53,540 nt of DNA from Candidatus Velthaea sp. GTDB taxonomy: Bacteria; Vulcanimicrobiota; Vulcanimicrobiia; Vulcanimicrobiales; Vulcanimicrobiaceae. Location: assembly GCA_050012475.1 (NCBI GenBank), contig JBEKHC010000057.1, forward strand, positions 1 to 53,540, in the 5' to 3' direction. The notes beneath the pieces were generated by a model that saw only the letters and a program-made list of their open reading frames with translations, made no database searches and was not told where the DNA came from. Both the position numbers and the translations under genes were made by a program. This document shows positions 29,320 through 38,133 of the stretch, one piece after another; positions within the stretch are counted from its first letter, which is position 1; each line of letters opens with the position of its first letter.

Positions 29320-30672
29320 ATGGATTCTTGGCAAACGGATACCGACTTACGGGCGTATGCGAGCGTTCCAGCCGACCCGCGGGCCGCCGTGCTGTTGCTG
29401 CACGGCTTTGGCGAGCACGCCGGACGTCACGCCGCGACCATCGACGCCTTGGCGCAGCGCGGCATTGCGGCGTATGCCTACGATCACCGCGGTCACGGGC
29501 GGTCGCCGGGACGCCCCGCGCTCGTCGACTTCGATCGGCTCGTCGATGATTCGCTCGCGATGCGGGCGCGCGTCTCCGCGGCGCATCCGGGGCTGCCGCT
29601 GTTTTTGCTGGGCACCAGCATGGGCGGCCTGCTGGCGATCCGCAGCGCGCAGCGCGATCCCGCCGGGCTTTGCGGCGTCGTGCTCGTCGCGCCGGCGCTG
29701 CTCGACGGCGTTGCGGCTTCGCCGGTTCTGCGCGCTATGGGGGCGCTGCTCGCGCAGGTCGCGCCGGCGGCTCCGCTGCTGGAACTCGAGCTGGCCGGAC
29801 TCTCGCGCGACCGCGCCGTCGTCGACGCCTATGCGACCGACCCGCTCGTTCACCACGGAAAGATTCCGGCCCAGTCACTGAGCGAAATGGCGAGCGCGGC
29901 GGCCGCTGCGTTTGCTGCAGCGCCGCAGTGGCGGATTCCGGCGTACATCGTGCACGGCGAAGCGGATCGGATCATCGCGCCGGCAGGCTCGCGGCGCTTC
30001 GCCGCTGCGGCCGGCGGCGCCGATGTCACGTTGCGGCTGGTCGCCGGCGGTTACCACGAGCCGTTCAACGATCCGGGTGGTGCCGCGCTGGTCGATGACG
30101 TCGCGGCGTGGATCGATGATCGGGCGACGCGTTCGGCGTCCCCAGACATGGCGGCCGCGCCGGCGTCATCGCGGCAGCGCCTCTACACCTGGCGCGACGG
30201 GCTGGCGTTCGGCGCCGCCGTGAACGTCGTCACGCGCTTGCTGGGGACCAACACCGGCCGTTACGAAACGATCGAACGGCCGTGGTTCGCGCCGCCGGGC
30301 TGGCTGTTTCCCATCGCCTGGGGCATCAACAGCGTGCTGATGATCTGGGGCAATCTGCGCGTCCTCAACGCGCCGCCGTCGGCGGACCGCACGGCCTATT
30401 TGCGCTTGTGGGCGGCGACGTGGACCTTGTATTCGTTGTTCGGCTACGCGTTTTTCCGGCGTAAAAGTCCGCTCTTGGGCTTTCTCGTGACGGTCAACTT
30501 TTCGGCGCTCACGCTGTTGTCTGCTCGCCGCGCGGTGCGCATCGAGCGCAGCCTCTGGGTGACGTATTCGACGCTGCTGCCGTGGATCGCGTTGGCAACG
30601 CTCGTGGCCGGCGCGATCGCGCTCGACAATCCCGATCCGTTCCTCGATCCGGTCGATCCCGACGAATTGTAA
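29320..30672 (+). CDS. Lysophospholipase/monoacylglycerol-lipase-like alpha/beta hydrolase fused to a TspO/MBR domain
   Basis: LLHGFGEH, YDHRGHGRS, GTSMG, HGEADRII, GYHEPFND; then, with no stop, RPWFAPPGWLFPIAW and a multi-TM TspO pattern ending LLPWIALAT. Confidence 0.85.
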   Translation: MDSWQTDTDLRAYASVPADPRAAVLLLHGFGEHAGRHAATIDALAQRGIAAYAYDHRGHGRSPGRPALVDFDRLVDDSLAMRARVSAAHPGLPLFLLGTSMGGLLAIRSAQRDPAGLCGVVLVAPALLDGVAASPVLRAMGALLAQVAPAAPLLELELAGLSRDRAVVDAYATDPLVHHGKIPAQSLSEMASAAAAAFAAAPQWRIPAYIVHGEADRIIAPAGSRRFAAAAGGADVTLRLVAGGYHEPFNDPGGAALVDDVAAWIDDRATRSASPDMAAAPASSRQRLYTWRDGLAFGAAVNVVTRLLGTNTGRYETIERPWFAPPGWLFPIAWGINSVLMIWGNLRVLNAPPSADRTAYLRLWAATWTLYSLFGYAFFRRKSPLLGFLVTVNFSALTLLSARRAVRIERSLWVTYSTLLPWIALATLVAGAIALDNPDPFLDPVDPDEL

Positions 30673-30741
30673 GGCTTTAACACTTTTTTCATCTCTCGCG
30701 TTCATGCTCATGCTCCACTAGTTCAACGAAGGAGGAGCATC

Positions 30742-31833
30742 GTGCGCGGGATCATTGTGCTCGTCGCGCTGGCCTTGGCTGCGTCGACGATAACGTCGGT
30801 CGATGCAGCCGGATCGAGCGCGACAACCGCCGGACCGGCTTGGGTCGGCGGCATCATCGGTTCTTTGGACGAGATCACCACGATCGGATCAACCGTCGAT
30901 CCGCTCAACGGCGATCAAAATCCGTACGGTTTGACGATTGCACCCGCCGGTTCGGCCAACGGCCACGGCGTGCAAAGAGGCGATCTCGTCGTCTGCAATT
31001 TCAACGATCGCAATCCGTTCAACATCCAGGGATTGGGCACGTCGATCGTGCTGTTGTCGCCCGTGCCCGGCTCGATGCCGCGGCATCTGGTCGCCAGCCC
31101 GTATCTGACGGGCTGTGCCGCGCTCGCGATGGGCGGCGCGCTGCCATGGGCCGCGGCACTCGACGCCAACGACAATCCGATCGTTTCCGCGGACGGCACG
31201 GCGATCAACCCGCTCAACACGTTCGGCTGGACCGGGCCGTGGGGTCAGGTCTTCGTGCCCGCACCGGTGTCGGCACCCAAAACGCCGTCCGCGTTTTACG
31301 AGAGCAATGCCAACGACGGCAGCATCGTGCGGATCAATCTCGGTAAGCCGTTCACCTTCGATACGATTGCGACCGGTTTGCCGGTCAATCACGGCGTGCC
31401 GGGCTCGATCCTCGCGCCGTCCGGACTGACCTACGATCGGCAGCGCGACGTGCTGTACGTCGTCGACGGTGCCGTCAACGCGCTCATCGCAATTTGGGGA
31501 CCGGCGACGATCCGCGCCGGCGGGATCGTCGTGCAGAACGGAACGATCGGCGGCCCGCAAAAGGAGCGAATGAAGATCATCGCGCGCGGCGGCTGGCTCA
31601 ATAACCCGATCAGTGCCGCGCTGCTGTTCAACGGCGACATCGTCGTGGGCAACACGGCCAACAACAACCTGCTCGAATTCACCCCGGACGGTCATTTCGT
31701 CGGCGCGCGTCCGCTCGACAAGGGCAACGCCGGTGCCCTCTTCGGCATCGTCGCTTCAGGAACGTCGGCCGCGACGACCCGCATCTATTTCAACGACGAC
31801 AACGACAACACGGTGAAAGTCCTGACCCGTTGA
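30742..31833 (+). CDS. Secreted hypothetical protein, probable beta-propeller (NHL/SMP-30-like)
   Basis: AGGAGG RBS, signal peptide, repeated blade-like segments (NPYGLTIAP, APSGLTYD, NPISAALLFNGDIVVGN). Confidence 0.75.
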   Translation: MRGIIVLVALALAASTITSVDAAGSSATTAGPAWVGGIIGSLDEITTIGSTVDPLNGDQNPYGLTIAPAGSANGHGVQRGDLVVCNFNDRNPFNIQGLGTSIVLLSPVPGSMPRHLVASPYLTGCAALAMGGALPWAAALDANDNPIVSADGTAINPLNTFGWTGPWGQVFVPAPVSAPKTPSAFYESNANDGSIVRINLGKPFTFDTIATGLPVNHGVPGSILAPSGLTYDRQRDVLYVVDGAVNALIAIWGPATIRAGGIVVQNGTIGGPQKERMKIIARGGWLNNPISAALLFNGDIVVGNTANNNLLEFTPDGHFVGARPLDKGNAGALFGIVASGTSAATTRIYFNDDNDNTVKVLTR

Positions 31834-31865
31834 CGTGCGTCAGCAGTCGAACGTTCGCGCTCGCA

Positions 31866-31982
31866 AACGCGACGGCGGCTTGCGCGAAGCCAACGCGTCG
31901 GCGACTTTGCGCGAAGGCCAAACGCAACAGCGACTTTGCGCGAAGCCCGAACGCAACGGCGACTTGCGCGAAGCCCAAACGC
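31866..31982. repeat. Four tandem 26-29 bp imperfect repeats (AACGC..CGGCGACTT(T)GCGCGAAGCC)
   Basis: Units start at 31866, 31892, 31921 and 31950, with a partial fifth at 31978; no unique spacers. Confidence 0.9.
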
Positions 31983-32010
31983 TTAGGGTTCAGCGAAGCT
32001 GAACCCTAAG
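31982..32010. repeat. Perfect 13-bp inverted repeat (REP-like hairpin / possible bidirectional terminator)
   Basis: CTTAGGGTTCAGC-GAA-GCTGAACCCTAAG between convergent genes. Confidence 0.85.
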
Positions 32011-32040
32011 GATTCGCCGAGCGAAGCCGAGACGTACCCA

Positions 32041-35000
32041 TCAGAGAACGTCGAGCAGTTCGCGCAAGACCGGAATTTGCTCGACCGGTTTGCGCGGCGG
32101 AAGATCGATGACGATCTTGCCCTCGTGGAAGCGGAATTTGTTGCGCGTGATCGACTGCAGCTTGGGCAGCGTGGCGGGGTCGAGCGCAAAGGCGCTGCCG
32201 ACGCCGAGCGTGAGTCGTTGCTCGTCGATCACGACGCGCGTCACGTTCTTGCGCAGCGCGACGACCCGCAGTTCGGTGACCGCGACGAGATTGCCCAGCG
32301 GTTCGGGCAGCGGCCCGAACCGATCGCGCACGCTGGCCACGACTTCGTCGACTTCCTTGAGCGAGCGCGCGGCGGCGAGTTGCTGGTAGACGGCGATCTT
32401 CTGCGAGACTTGCGGGATGTAATCGTTGGGCACGAACGCATCGAGCTTGATATCGATGACCGCTTCGCGCTTGGCTTCGCGTTCCGCGAGCGAACCTTTG
32501 CGTTCGGCGATGGCGTCGGCGAGCAGCTGGACGTACGTCTCGAACCCGACGGCGCCGATGAAGCCGGATTGGGCGGAGCCCAGCAGATTGCCCGCGCCGC
32601 GAATTTCCAGATCCCGCATCGCAATCTGCAGGCCCGAGCCCAGATGGGTGAACTCGCGAATCGCTTCCAGCCGCGCCTTGGCGTCCTCGGTCAGCGCCTT
32701 GTGCGCTTGGTAGAGCAGATACGCATACGCCTGATGGTTCGAGCGGCCGACGCGGCCGCGCAGCTGATACAACTGCGCCAGACCAAACTTGTCCGCATCG
32801 TTGACGATGATCGTGTTGACGTTGGGGATGTCGATGCCGTTCTCGATGATCGTCGTCGACACGAAGACGTCGATCTCGCCATCGATGAATCTCGCCATCA
32901 CGGGCTCGAGCTCGGTCTCGGTCATCTTGCCGTGGCCGACGGCGATGCGCGCCTTGGGCACGAGCTGCTCGAGCGCGCGCGCTACCGCGTAGATCGACTC
33001 GATGCGGTTATGCACGTAGTAGACTTGGCCGCCGCGGTCGAGTTCGGTCGCGATCGCCCGCTGCACGATCGAATCGGCGGCCGGCACGACGACGGTCTTG
33101 ATCGACATCCGGTTCTTGGGTGCGGTTTGAATGAGCGACAGATCGCGCACGCCCATGAGCGACATCTGCAGCGTGCGCGGGATCGGTGTGGCCGACAGCG
33201 TCAGCACGTCGACCGTGGCGCGCATCTGCTTGAGACGTTCTTTGTGCATCACCCCGAAACGCTGCTCTTCGTCGACGACGATCAGGTGCTGCGCTGCCAG
33301 CAGCGTCGTCGGCACCAGCACCGCGACTTGTTTGCGGTCGGTGATCGCTTTGAAGATCGCGCGCACGGCGACTTCGGTTTTGCCGTAGCCCACGTCGCCG
33401 CACACCAGCCGGTCCATCGGCCGCGCGCGCTCCATGTCGCCCTTGGCGTCGTCGATCGCTTTGGCTTGATCGGGGGTCGGCTCGTAGGGAAAACTCTCCT
33501 CGAGTTCGGCCTGCCAGGGCGAATCGGGGCCGAACGCGTGCCCGGGTGCGATCTCGCGCTCGGCGTAGAGCTGCACCAAACCTTCGGCGATCTTGGCCAG
33601 CGCTTCGGAGACGCGGCCTTTGACCCGTGCCCAATCGGCGCCGCCCATTTTGCTCAAGCGCGGTGCTGCGCCTTCGTTGGCGCCGTACTTCGTCACTTGA
33701 TGCATCTGGTGCACGGGAACGAGCATGCGATCCGTTCCGGCGTACTTGAGGTCGAGGTAGTCGCTGGTCGCGCCCAGGATCGTCTCGGTGCGCAAACCGA
33801 GGTACTGGCCGATGCCGTGCACGGCATGGACGACGTAATCGCCGACCCGCAGATCGGCCAGCGTGACCGGGACGCCCTCCTTGACGGCGCGGAGCTTGAC
33901 GCGTTTGGCGGGCTGGCCGTAGATCTCCCGATCGCCCAGCACGCGCAGACGCAGTCCGGGAATCGAGAAGCCGGCCTCGATCGATCCGCCGTCGACGTAG
34001 ACGCTGCCGCCCGCGCCGACGGCGAGGCCGTCGGTGCCGAAGGGTCCGGCCGCGCGCAGATGCACGATCGTGGCGCTGCGTTCGACCCGAATCCCCGCCG
34101 CGCGCAGCAGCTCGGCTAAACGCGATGCGCCGCTGGCGACCAGCCAGACCGTCTCGCCGGCCGCGACCCACTCCTTGACCGCGCCCACGAACATCTCGAT
34201 GCGCCGGTTGAAATGTTCGGCCGGACGCGTTTCGAGCACGAACCCTTGCGCGCTGGGCGGCAGCCAGGCGACCTCCCCGGCTTCGATGCCGCCGGTCACG
34301 ATCAGCACGCGATGCGCCGCGAACGATGCGGCGAAATCCGCCAGTCGCGGAAACGGCGCGGCGACTTCGGCCAGCAACGCTTCGCCGACTTCATCGGCGC
34401 GCACGTCGAGTTCGCCCGAATCCACCCCGGCGAGCAACACCTGCTGCTCGCGCGAGCGCTCGTCGTCGAGACTGCGGTCGAGCGTGGCGAGCATCCCAGG
34501 TTCGTCGAGCACGATGACCGAGCCGTCGTCGAGATAGTCGACGATCGTCGCCGGCGCGTCGTAGGCCAAGGCCAGCCAGGGTTCGGGGACGTCGGCGCCT
34601 TTGGCCAGGTAGGCGCGCAGCGCCGAGACTACCGCCGGTTCGCCCGTCGCGCGCGCCATGACGCGTTCGCGATAGGTTGCTTCGCGCGGGATTTCCAGCC
34701 ATGGGGTGATCGTCAGCGCGCTGAGATTGCCCTCGCTGCGCTGTGATTGGAGATCGAAGGGCCGGATCGATTCGAGCGTGTCGCCGAAGAATTCGAGCCG
34801 CACCGGCTGTTCGGCCGTCGCTGGAAACACGTCGAGCAGCCCGCCGCGAACGGCGTATTCACCGGCTGCGCTCACCACGTCGACGCGGGTGTAGCCCAGC
34901 CGGTACAGCTGCTCCCCCAGCGCGTCCCAGCCGACGTCGGCGTCGAGCGCGAGCGTCAAGCTGATTTCCTCGAAGACGCGGCGCGGGATGACGTATTGGC

Positions 35001-35412
35001 GCAGGGCGGCCACCGGTGCGATGACGATTTGCGGCTTGCGCGCGCACAAGTCGGCGAGCAGCGTCATGCGCGCGCTGCGCTCCGACGGCGACTCGAGCGC
35101 GCCGACCGTTTCATCGCGCGGCCGCAGCAGCGCGACCGACTGGGCTTCTTTTTCGCCCAGGAAATAGATCAGATCGGTAAACGTCCGTTCGGCGACGTCG
35201 GTGGTCGGGACCACGACGAACATCTGTCCGGAGAGCGCGCGATGCAGGCCCGCGAGCAGATAGGGCCGGGCCGGCGCGGTCGTCTCGTGGAGGCTGAAGG
35301 CATGCCCGCGGCCGCCTTCGACCGGCGTCCGAAGACGTTCGATGAGTTCGGCGAGGGATCGGCTACTCGAAGGAAGAGCCCGGACGAGACTGGGCGCGAG
35401 GGTGGCGATGAT
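32041..35412 (-). CDS. mfd: Transcription-repair coupling factor, with an in-frame internal deletion in the helicase domain; probable non-AUG start
   Basis: [78 protein letters not shown]. The frame is open 63 codons upstream of the ATG at 35223, to ATC at 35412. Confidence 0.93.
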   Translation of the reverse strand: MIATLAPSLVRALPSSSRSLAELIERLRTPVEGGRGHAFSLHETTAPARPYLLAGLHRALSGQMFVVVPTTDVAERTFTDLIYFLGEKEAQSVALLRPRDETVGALESPSERSARMTLLADLCARKPQIVIAPVAALRQYVIPRRVFEEISLTLALDADVGWDALGEQLYRLGYTRVDVVSAAGEYAVRGGLLDVFPATAEQPVRLEFFGDTLESIRPFDLQSQRSEGNLSALTITPWLEIPREATYRERVMARATGEPAVVSALRAYLAKGADVPEPWLALAYDAPATIVDYLDDGSVIVLDEPGMLATLDRSLDDERSREQQVLLAGVDSGELDVRADEVGEALLAEVAAPFPRLADFAASFAAHRVLIVTGGIEAGEVAWLPPSAQGFVLETRPAEHFNRRIEMFVGAVKEWVAAGETVWLVASGASRLAELLRAAGIRVERSATIVHLRAAGPFGTDGLAVGAGGSVYVDGGSIEAGFSIPGLRLRVLGDREIYGQPAKRVKLRAVKEGVPVTLADLRVGDYVVHAVHGIGQYLGLRTETILGATSDYLDLKYAGTDRMLVPVHQMHQVTKYGANEGAAPRLSKMGGADWARVKGRVSEALAKIAEGLVQLYAEREIAPGHAFGPDSPWQAELEESFPYEPTPDQAKAIDDAKGDMERARPMDRLVCGDVGYGKTEVAVRAIFKAITDRKQVAVLVPTTLLAAQHLIVVDEEQRFGVMHKERLKQMRATVDVLTLSATPIPRTLQMSLMGVRDLSLIQTAPKNRMSIKTVVVPAADSIVQRAIATELDRGGQVYYVHNRIESIYAVARALEQLVPKARIAVGHGKMTETELEPVMARFIDGEIDVFVSTTIIENGIDIPNVNTIIVNDADKFGLAQLYQLRGRVGRSNHQAYAYLLYQAHKALTEDAKARLEAIREFTHLGSGLQIAMRDLEIRGAGNLLGSAQSGFIGAVGFETYVQLLADAIAERKGSLAEREAKREAVIDIKLDAFVPNDYIPQVSQKIAVYQQLAAARSLKEVDEVVASVRDRFGPLPEPLGNLVAVTELRVVALRKNVTRVVIDEQRLTLGVGSAFALDPATLPKLQSITRNKFRFHEGKIVIDLPPRKPVEQIPVLRELLDVL

Positions 35413-35453
35413 CGCAAGCCTTTGCTGGGCTGAGAATGGGGCGGAGAAACGCT

Positions 35454-35462
35454 ATCGTACCA
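35454..35462 (-). promoter_or_regulatory. Putative extended -10 promoter for mfd
   Basis: Minus strand TGgTACGAT about 40 nt upstream of the inferred mfd start. Confidence 0.5.
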
Positions 35463-35483
35463 CAGACCACCCTTCTGGCAGAA

Positions 35484-35510
35484 TTGGCAGTCTATTGACA
35501 TCATTGCTAA
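35484..35510. promoter_or_regulatory. CIRCE-like element (HrcA operator)
   Basis: TTGGCAGTC-N9-CATTGCTAA versus consensus TTAGCACTC-N9-GAGTGCTAA (7/9 in each arm). Straddles the hsp20 -35 box. Confidence 0.75.
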
Positions 35511-35524
35511 TCGTTGGATACAAT
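35495..35524 (+). promoter_or_regulatory. Sigma-70-type promoter of hsp20
   Basis: TTGACA-N18-TACAAT, followed by GGAGG at 35570-35574. Confidence 0.8.
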
Positions 35525-35585
35525 AGCGGTGTCATAAGTTTGGCCGCTCGCTTGGGCGGCTCTGTTACTGGAGGAAAAAGGAAAC

Positions 35586-35954
35586 ATGGCAGACCTTCTG
35601 GTTCGCCCCACCGGATCGCGCCGGATGCTCGGCGACTTCTTGGGATTCGACCCGCTTCGCGCGTTGACGACCAACGGATTCGGATTCGAGATCAACAAGA
35701 CCGACAACGGCTACTCGGTTGAAGTTCCGGTCGCCGGCTACGCGCCCGACCAGATCGACGTCACGCTCGAGGACCGCGTGCTCACCGTGAGCGGCCATAA
35801 CGAGCGGCGCAATTTCACGCGTTCGCTGCTGATCCCCGAAGAGATCGATGCTGACACGATCGACGCCAAAGTCGAAAACGGCATGTTGACGATCGCGCTG
35901 AACGTTCACCCCAAAGCGCAGCCGCGCAAGATCGCCGTTAACGTCGTCGGCTGA
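35586..35954 (+). CDS. Small heat-shock protein (Hsp20/alpha-crystallin)
   Basis: YSVEVPVAG...IDVTLEDRVLTVSG, FTRSLLIPEEID...AKVENGMLTI...AQPRKIAV. Confidence 0.95.
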   Translation: MADLLVRPTGSRRMLGDFLGFDPLRALTTNGFGFEINKTDNGYSVEVPVAGYAPDQIDVTLEDRVLTVSGHNERRNFTRSLLIPEEIDADTIDAKVENGMLTIALNVHPKAQPRKIAVNVVG

Positions 35955-36035
35955 TCACCAACCCCGGGCTCGACACCGGACGACGGTGCCGAGCCCGGCT
36001 CTGAGCTGCCGTAAGGCTCCGGCCTTCCAACTCGT

Positions 36036-36074
36036 ACGCCCCGACCGGTCACCGCCGGCGGGCGTTTTCATTTT
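36036..36074 (+). terminator. Probable intrinsic terminator after hsp20
   Basis: ACGCCC...CCGG / CCGG...GGGCGT stem followed by TTTCATTTT. A second hairpin lies at about 35963-35998. Confidence 0.55.
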
Positions 36075-36077
36075 CGC

Positions 36078-38108
36078 CTAGCGCGTCAGGAGCATCGGGA
36101 ACGCGACGCTGGTTTGCCTGCCGTCGGCGGTCGCCGCGGCGATGACGATGTCATAACTGCGGTTGAGCCACCAAAACGGGATGCCGCCCGGCATCGTGTA
36201 CGCGAGGGCGAAAAGCCCGGGGCTGCTCTGCGGGATCGGGATGAAGCGCCCGAGCGCCCGCGCCTCGACACCGACGACGTTGGCCGACGTGAGGACCCGC
36301 ACCAGGAGCGGTCCGCCGGCGTGAATGCGGCGGTCGTTCAGATCGACCTCAAGGATGTGCGGGCCGTCGGGGACGCTGGCCGGGACCGGCGTCGGGGTGA
36401 TGATGTAGCCGAAGGGGTTGGGGGTCGGGCTCGGCAGCGCTTGCAGCGACGGCGTTGCGGCCGGCGCGCTCGGCGGCGTGGCCGGCGCAGGCGAGCCCGG
36501 CGGCGGTTCAGCCGGGGTCGGCGCCGCGATGGGCGGGACCGCGACCGGCACGCTTTGCTGCGGGCCGGGGGTCGGCGTCTCGGTTGTCCCCGGCGCCGGG
36601 GTCGGGGCCGGGAGAGGCGTCGGCGCAGGAACCGGCGTGCCGGGCGGCACCGGCGGGGCCGGGACGGGTGTGGGCGAACCGGGGGCGGGCGAACCCGGGG
36701 CGGGCGTCGGAGCGGCAGGCGTCGCAGCGGCAGGCGTCGCGGTCGCCGTCACCGCGCCGCGGCCCGCGACGGCTGACTGGAAGCTCTGCGCGTCCGCCGG
36801 CGCGTGCCATGCGATCAACACGACGACGGCCGCCGCCAGCGCCGCTGCCGGGCGGCGCAGCATGGTGTACGCGAGGAAACCGAGCGGCGGGAGAAACTCG
36901 AGGGCGATCATTGCTGGGTGCAGCGAGGCGGAGCCATCGGCGCGATCAGCTGCGCGAACGATGGCATCGAGAATCGCCCGGACAGGCGAGAAGAGCGACG
37001 CTGCCAGCAGCGCGCGGGCCCACCGCGAGGTCAAATTGCGCGAGGCGAGCGGCACGATCCATAGGGCGTACCACGGATACGCGTTCGGCAGCGCAAACCA
37101 TGCCGTCAAAGCGAACGCCGCAGCGCGATCCGGCGGCGCCAAGCGCCGCACGGCAAGTGCGGCCGCGGCGAGCACGGCGAGCGCGATGGTCACGGCCGCA
37201 CCACGGCCGGTCGCCGCCGCCAGCAGACCCAACGGTGATTCCCACGCGGTCGATCCGCCGGCTGCAGTGCCGGCGGTGAGCGCTCCGGCGACAGCGGCAA
37301 GCAGCGGAAGATAGCCGGCCGCGACGAGCAGCGCGGTCCACGCGCGGTCGCGGCCGCGCAGTTTCCACCAAACCGCCAGAGCCGGCACTTTCACCAGTGC
37401 GGCGAGCGCGAACAGCAACGGGCGCCCGCGTTCGTACGCGAACCCGGCCAGGACCAAGGCGACCATTGCCGCGTCGTTGTGCCCTTCGGCCACGCTCCAG
37501 ATGACGACCGGATTGAGCACGAACGCCGCGCGGGCCCGCGGATCACGGGTCAAGCGCAGGACCAAGCCGATATACGCGCCGTACGCTGCCGCCGCCGCCA
37601 ACCGCGCCAGCAGAATTTGTCCGCCGGTGCCCGCGGCCGCGCCGGCCCGATCGGTCAGCGCCGCGATGCCGACGGCAACCGGACCGTAGACGCAGCGCGG
37701 CGGAACGTGGCCGTCCCAGGCGGCGACGGCTGCGGCGGCAAGCGGATCGTGCGGCGCGGGGCCATGATCGTATGGGCTGCGGCCGTGCAGCGTCAAATCG
37801 CCGTAGTAGGCGTAGGCGTAGACGTCGGCTGAGAACAGCAGCGGCATCGCCAGCGCGCCGAGCAGCGATCCGGCGGCCGCTGCGAGCAGCATCCGGCGAC
37901 CGGGCGGACGACTGATCGCCGCCGCGTAAGCGGCACCCAAGATCATCAGCGACGTCGCCACCGCCGCGCCGGCCAGCGCGCCGCGCGCTCCGGCGGCGGT
38001 CAGCACCGGGATCGGGCTCGTTGGCGGGGCGACGGAGAAGGCACCGGCGAGTGCTGGGAGCCAGCCGAACGTAAACACGAGCCACAGCACGTTGCGGGCT
38101 TCTCGCAC
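36078..38108 (-). CDS. GT-C fold (MptA/B, GT87-like) membrane glycosyltransferase fused to a Pro/Thr/Ala linker and an uncharacterised C-terminal domain
   Basis: PLLFSADVYAY, CVYGP, LNPVVIW...GHNDA, ALVK, YPWY.LW; then a PAPT-rich tract and a ~95-aa beta-rich domain. Confidence 0.8.
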   Translation of the reverse strand: MREARNVLWLVFTFGWLPALAGAFSVAPPTSPIPVLTAAGARGALAGAAVATSLMILGAAYAAAISRPPGRRMLLAAAAGSLLGALAMPLLFSADVYAYAYYGDLTLHGRSPYDHGPAPHDPLAAAAVAAWDGHVPPRCVYGPVAVGIAALTDRAGAAAGTGGQILLARLAAAAAYGAYIGLVLRLTRDPRARAAFVLNPVVIWSVAEGHNDAAMVALVLAGFAYERGRPLLFALAALVKVPALAVWWKLRGRDRAWTALLVAAGYLPLLAAVAGALTAGTAAGGSTAWESPLGLLAAATGRGAAVTIALAVLAAAALAVRRLAPPDRAAAFALTAWFALPNAYPWYALWIVPLASRNLTSRWARALLAASLFSPVRAILDAIVRAADRADGSASLHPAMIALEFLPPLGFLAYTMLRRPAAALAAAVVVLIAWHAPADAQSFQSAVAGRGAVTATATPAAATPAAPTPAPGSPAPGSPTPVPAPPVPPGTPVPAPTPLPAPTPAPGTTETPTPGPQQSVPVAVPPIAAPTPAEPPPGSPAPATPPSAPAATPSLQALPSPTPNPFGYIITPTPVPASVPDGPHILEVDLNDRRIHAGGPLLVRVLTSANVVGVEARALGRFIPIPQSSPGLFALAYTMPGGIPFWWLNRSYDIVIAAATADGRQTSVAFPMLLTR

Positions 38109-38133
38109 CCGGGTCGCAAACCCACGGCCGACG

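Noticed and set aside
31983..32009. TTAGGG/CCCTAA as telomeric sequence or a telomere-resolvase site
   Set aside because: Single copy per arm inside a short hairpin with a 3-nt loop; no protelomerase or phage genes nearby.
31866..32010. Repeat array as a CRISPR
   Set aside because: Units are directly tandem and degenerate with no unique spacers, and there are no cas genes.
35543..35585. RNA thermometer in the hsp20 5' UTR
   Set aside because: Only a 5-bp stem with two G-U pairs (35560-35573) covers the GGAG, with no ROSE or fourU motif; too weak to call.
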